DNA from: Andalucia godoyi And28
Lineage: Eukaryota > Protista > Jakobida
Assembly (NCBI GenBank): GCA_009859145.1
Contig: VRVR01000001.1
Coordinates: 435,692-499,691, forward strand
Direction: 5' to 3'
Length of the DNA: 64,000 bases
This document shows positions 61,811 through 64,000 of the stretch, in pieces. The first letter of the stretch is position 1. Every line of letters starts with the position of its first letter. Both the position numbers and the translations under genes were made by a program. The notes beneath the pieces are model-generated. The model was not told the DNA's origin. It worked only from the letters and a program-made list of their open reading frames with translations, and ran no database searches.

Positions 61811-63115
61811 ATGGAGACAGAGCATATGCACACGCATTCGACGCTTGTTTCGTATACTGGAAACGGCCAAGATGCATCCTTTTTGCAATCGGCTCGGCTC
61901 GACGACTCTCGAGATGTGGACGTGTCGCACATGAATGCATCGTTGACAGCGTCCGACTCCGAGGCAAATGAGGCAAATCGCGAGGTCCAAGCGCGAGTCT
62001 CGGATCGGCGGAATCTCATTCTTAAGAAACTGAACAGAACGCTGTCGCTGCAGTTCAATGTCGCTGCGTTTGTGCGAAAGGGTGGTCTGGAAGAGCTTGC
62101 AAAGGCTCTTGAAGACCGCAACAAGATTGTCCGGATGCGTGCATTGCAGCTCTTTGGAAAAGTTTGTCTGTGTTTTCCCCAGCATGTTGCGCAAGTGCTG
62201 CTTTCCGAGGCGCATATCCGGAGCTTTTTGGCGTGTGCAAACGATTCTTCACGGAATGTTTCCTATGAGTTCTCGCTGTTGTTGCATATTCTGAGCAGAA
62301 ATATCGATGGACGAGGCCTTCTGCTCAAGAGAAAGCAACAGGTCATGGAGATTCTTGGAGGTGCCCATGGACTGAAGTCGCCTGATAAAGCCGTACGGTC
62401 TTCCATGCTTGCAGCCACGCAGGGCCTGATGCGCAGCGGTGACTGGAGAAATGTCATATCCGAGCAGAAGGGTCTCAAGGAGTCCATTGCGCTGATCCAC
62501 GAAATGGAAATCCCGGAGCTCCACAGTGCATCTGGAGAGGTCGACGCAGTACGAGCAGAAATGGTTTTGGAGACTGTGTGCCACGGAGACGAATCTGTGA
62601 TTCACAAGCATCTCAAAGAAGCGGACACCCTTCTTTTGAACTCGGCTTCCAAACTGAGAGACGTCACGTCACCCGACTCTGCTGCGCATCCTCTTGCGAA
62701 GGCCCGAGCAAGGTCTTCCTCCAACGCATCAGGGACAGGATACGATGGCGGGTCGCATTTCAAAAAATCGTCGAGGAATGTTGCTGTTCTGCGTGAAAAG
62801 GCATTGGCCCGAGAACGTTCTGAACAACAACAGCAGCAGCAACGAGTTGGTGCAAGCGACGATGAGGGCACGGAGGAAGAGATGATTGTGGACGACGACG
62901 AGGATCCTGCGTATGCCCCGTCTGATGTGGCGGATGATCCGCGAGGTGGTAAGAGCGAGGGGAAGGGCAGGGGAAGGGGCAGTGAAGCGATGTCGGCCGC
63001 TTCGAAGTCCAAAAAGAGAATGCTTCTGCCAGCTACATCTGCAAACCGCGCGAGAAAACAAGGGCGGTACGGGTATTCCCCTGTGTCATACCCCTCAGAT
63101 GACCAAAGCGAGTAG
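61811..63115 (+). CDS. ARM/HEAT-like repeat protein with disordered tail
   Basis: LAKALEDRNKIVRMRALQLFGKV; ATG at 61811. Confidence 0.68.
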   Translation: METEHMHTHSTLVSYTGNGQDASFLQSARLDDSRDVDVSHMNASLTASDSEANEANREVQARVSDRRNLILKKLNRTLSLQFNVAAFVRKGGLEELAKALEDRNKIVRMRALQLFGKVCLCFPQHVAQVLLSEAHIRSFLACANDSSRNVSYEFSLLLHILSRNIDGRGLLLKRKQQVMEILGGAHGLKSPDKAVRSSMLAATQGLMRSGDWRNVISEQKGLKESIALIHEMEIPELHSASGEVDAVRAEMVLETVCHGDESVIHKHLKEADTLLLNSASKLRDVTSPDSAAHPLAKARARSSSNASGTGYDGGSHFKKSSRNVAVLREKALARERSEQQQQQQRVGASDDEGTEEEMIVDDDEDPAYAPSDVADDPRGGKSEGKGRGRGSEAMSAASKSKKRMLLPATSANRARKQGRYGYSPVSYPSDDQSE

Positions 63116-63565
63116 GAGGAGGAGGAACGAATGTTTTATTTGTCTGTCCGTTTTGTTTCTGTTTTGCTTGTTTGCTTGCATTGTCTCAATCGATGTGGAT
63201 GTCGGTCTGTATGATAAAGTGTCTACGCCTACTTTGTGTGCTTTAAGTACTTTGCGCACCAAACACACGCACACATGCCCAAAGCCGTCCGCGCTGCAGT
63301 TTCACGTGCCATTCCAAGACAGCTGTAGTGGGTAAATGAAAACCTTCCGCCATTTCTGACTGTCTCAGGGCAAAAATGCCCGCAGCCTTCTCCCCTCAAG
63401 CCCTGTTTGCGGTCATGCATGCCTTCTGACCAGATTTTTTGCGGTTTCAGCGCATTTTGGTCTCCTTCTTTGTTTCCAATGTTTCCGTTCGTTTTTCTTA
63501 TTTTCCACCCTTTCCTTCTTCCCTGTTGTGCCAAACGAGAAAGAAAACAAACACACACACACATT

Positions 63566-64000
<435 letters not shown>

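Noticed and set aside
63225-63232. CGCCTAC resembling the element right-end terminus
   Set aside because: Only 7 nt match and there is no adjacent homology.

Overview
Gene-dense, intron-poor eukaryotic DNA, probably from a flagellated protist (ARL3 present; species not determinable from this window). Coding regions are GC-rich and the spacers are short, AT-rich and full of microsatellites. About 30 protein genes are supported, including NUDT1, AIFM3-like, CAMSAP-like, ARL3, a papain protease, GRWD1, PP2A-B55, LIN52-like, NOC4, RPC1, SmG, HSD17B10, TPP1/Est3-like, FCP1-like, MMS19, serine racemase, a PAK kinase and a partial PqaA/AprA-like gene. There is also a divergent pair of tRNA-Lys genes. 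The main unexplained signal is three short (about 0.5-0.65 kb), GC-rich, minus-strand intergenic elements at about 14.4-14.9 kb, 35.2-35.9 kb and 45.75-46.3 kb. All three share a right-end terminus, and two also share about 250 bp of left end. They carry different, complementary, frameshifted pieces of an IS607-type serine recombinase (TnpA) and a TnpB/Fanzor nuclease. The right end folds into tetraloop hairpins, as expected for an omegaRNA scaffold. I read them as a non-autonomous, internally deleted IS607/Fanzor2-like family. All assignments rest on motif recognition by eye; no searches were run.
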